Below, piece after piece: positions 34,169 to 34,833 of a DNA stretch of 34,833 nucleotides. A model generated the notes under the pieces. That model was given only the letters and a program-made list of their open reading frames with translations, was not told the origin of the DNA and searched no databases. Every line of letters starts with the position of its first letter. The stretch's first letter is position 1. The DNA is from Candidatus Aquidulcis sp. (GTDB lineage Bacteria; Chloroflexota; Limnocylindria; Limnocylindrales; Limnocylindraceae): contig QWRK01000003.1 in assembly GCA_003670455.1 (NCBI GenBank), forward strand, positions 1-34,833. The letters run 5' to 3'. The translations under genes and the position numbers were made by a program.

Positions 34169-34833
34169 ATGAAGGAGACTCAACGCACCCCTTGGCTTGT
34201 GGCCGCAGCTCTGGTCGCCCTGATCGTTGGCTCTGCTGCCGCACCACGAACGTTTGGCTGGGGTGCCGGGCTGGTCGCTGCGGCCGACGAAGAGCTAATC
34301 GACGGGGACCCGATCACCGACGAGAGCGCCGATCCCGATGAGAGCACGTCGCCAGACGAGAGCCTCGATCCCGATGCCTCCGCACCTGCTGAGGAGGAGC
34401 CTGAGCCTGACCCGGGGCAAGATCCGGGAGAGGAGATCGACCCTGACGCCACGGACGGCGAAGGTGGCGAAGACGGCGATGTTGAGGTATCTCCAAGTGA
34501 TGAGCCGTCCACGCCAACTCCACCAGAGCTCACACTCGGCGATCTGCTCGCCGCCGCCACTGCCAGCACACCCTTTGATGCCGATCTCGCGCTGCAGATC
34601 CTGCAGGACTATGCGCCACCGGGCGCACGTGCGATTGAAGTCGCCGATCGACAAACCTTCCGCAACGCGCGCACCTACACGATCCGCGAAGTGCGTAGCT
34701 GGTCGCGACTTCCGCAACTCGGCACGTCGAGCGCAACGGTATGGATGCGGTTCGTTGGCGGATCAGAGCGAACGCCGTTCGCCGTTGCCGCTGGACGCGA
34801 CCGTAGCGATCCGCGAATTAGCAGTGTGCGTGT
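34169..34833 (+). CDS. Secreted/anchored protein with acidic low-complexity linker (3' truncated; absent from the ORF track)
   Basis: ATG 34169 after TGcCACACT-6 nt. Reads MKETQRTPWLVAAALVALIVGSAAA..., then an Asp/Glu/Pro-rich tract. Frame is open to the window end. Confidence 0.75.
   Translation, partial: MKETQRTPWLVAAALVALIVGSAAAPRTFGWGAGLVAAADEELIDGDPITDESADPDESTSPDESLDPDASAPAEEEPEPDPGQDPGEEIDPDATDGEGGEDGDVEVSPSDEPSTPTPPELTLGDLLAAATASTPFDADLALQILQDYAPPGARAIEVADRQTFRNARTYTIREVRSWSRLPQLGTSSATVWMRFVGGSERTPFAVAAGRDRSDPRISSVR
34319..34372 (+). repeat. Three imperfect 18-bp in-frame tandem repeats (DESxxP)
   Basis: GACGAGAGCGCCGATCCC / GATGAGAGCACGTCGCCA / GACGAGAGCCTCGATCCC. Confidence 0.65.

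Noticed and set aside
34319-34480. Short repeats as a possible CRISPR or non-coding array
   Set aside because: The repeats are imperfect, in frame and encode an acidic linker. There are no spacers or cas genes.

Overview
High-GC, densely packed bacterial chromosome segment of about 38 genes. I saw no integrase, transposase or CRISPR array. Gene content and style suggest a streamlined freshwater Chloroflexota (Limnocylindria-like); this is inference only. In order it holds: a HolA-like gene (5' end problematic), an MFS transporter, endonuclease III, a divergent pair of peptidase-S51-like genes (one fused to a CysRS C-terminal-like domain), an SDR, a tRNA-Ile with the rare UAU anticodon, a UbiA prenyltransferase, an ABC-2 exporter, DoxX, a Dpp/Opp operon, a heliorhodopsin, a kynurenine cluster (TDO, kynureninase, alpha/beta-hydrolase formamidase), an A2-type heme-copper oxidase operon, MFS/pirin/LysE, a MarR-LUD divergon, a DUF62 SAM hydrolase, an amino-acid ABC importer, an HEXXH protein, a GT4, a nucleoside hydrolase and a truncated acidic secreted protein. 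The most notable signals are: (1) oxidase subunit II carries a fused C-terminal type-1 blue-copper domain where caa3 enzymes carry cytochrome c, and both carboxylate ligands of the Mg/Mn site are Ala; (2) tRNA-Ile(UAU); (3) the S51/CysRS-C fusion; (4) pervasive apparently leaderless genes, including back-to-back divergent promoters. Several start codons were re-assigned from the ORF track using -10 and Shine-Dalgarno (SD) evidence. All family calls come from motif recognition by eye, with no database search.
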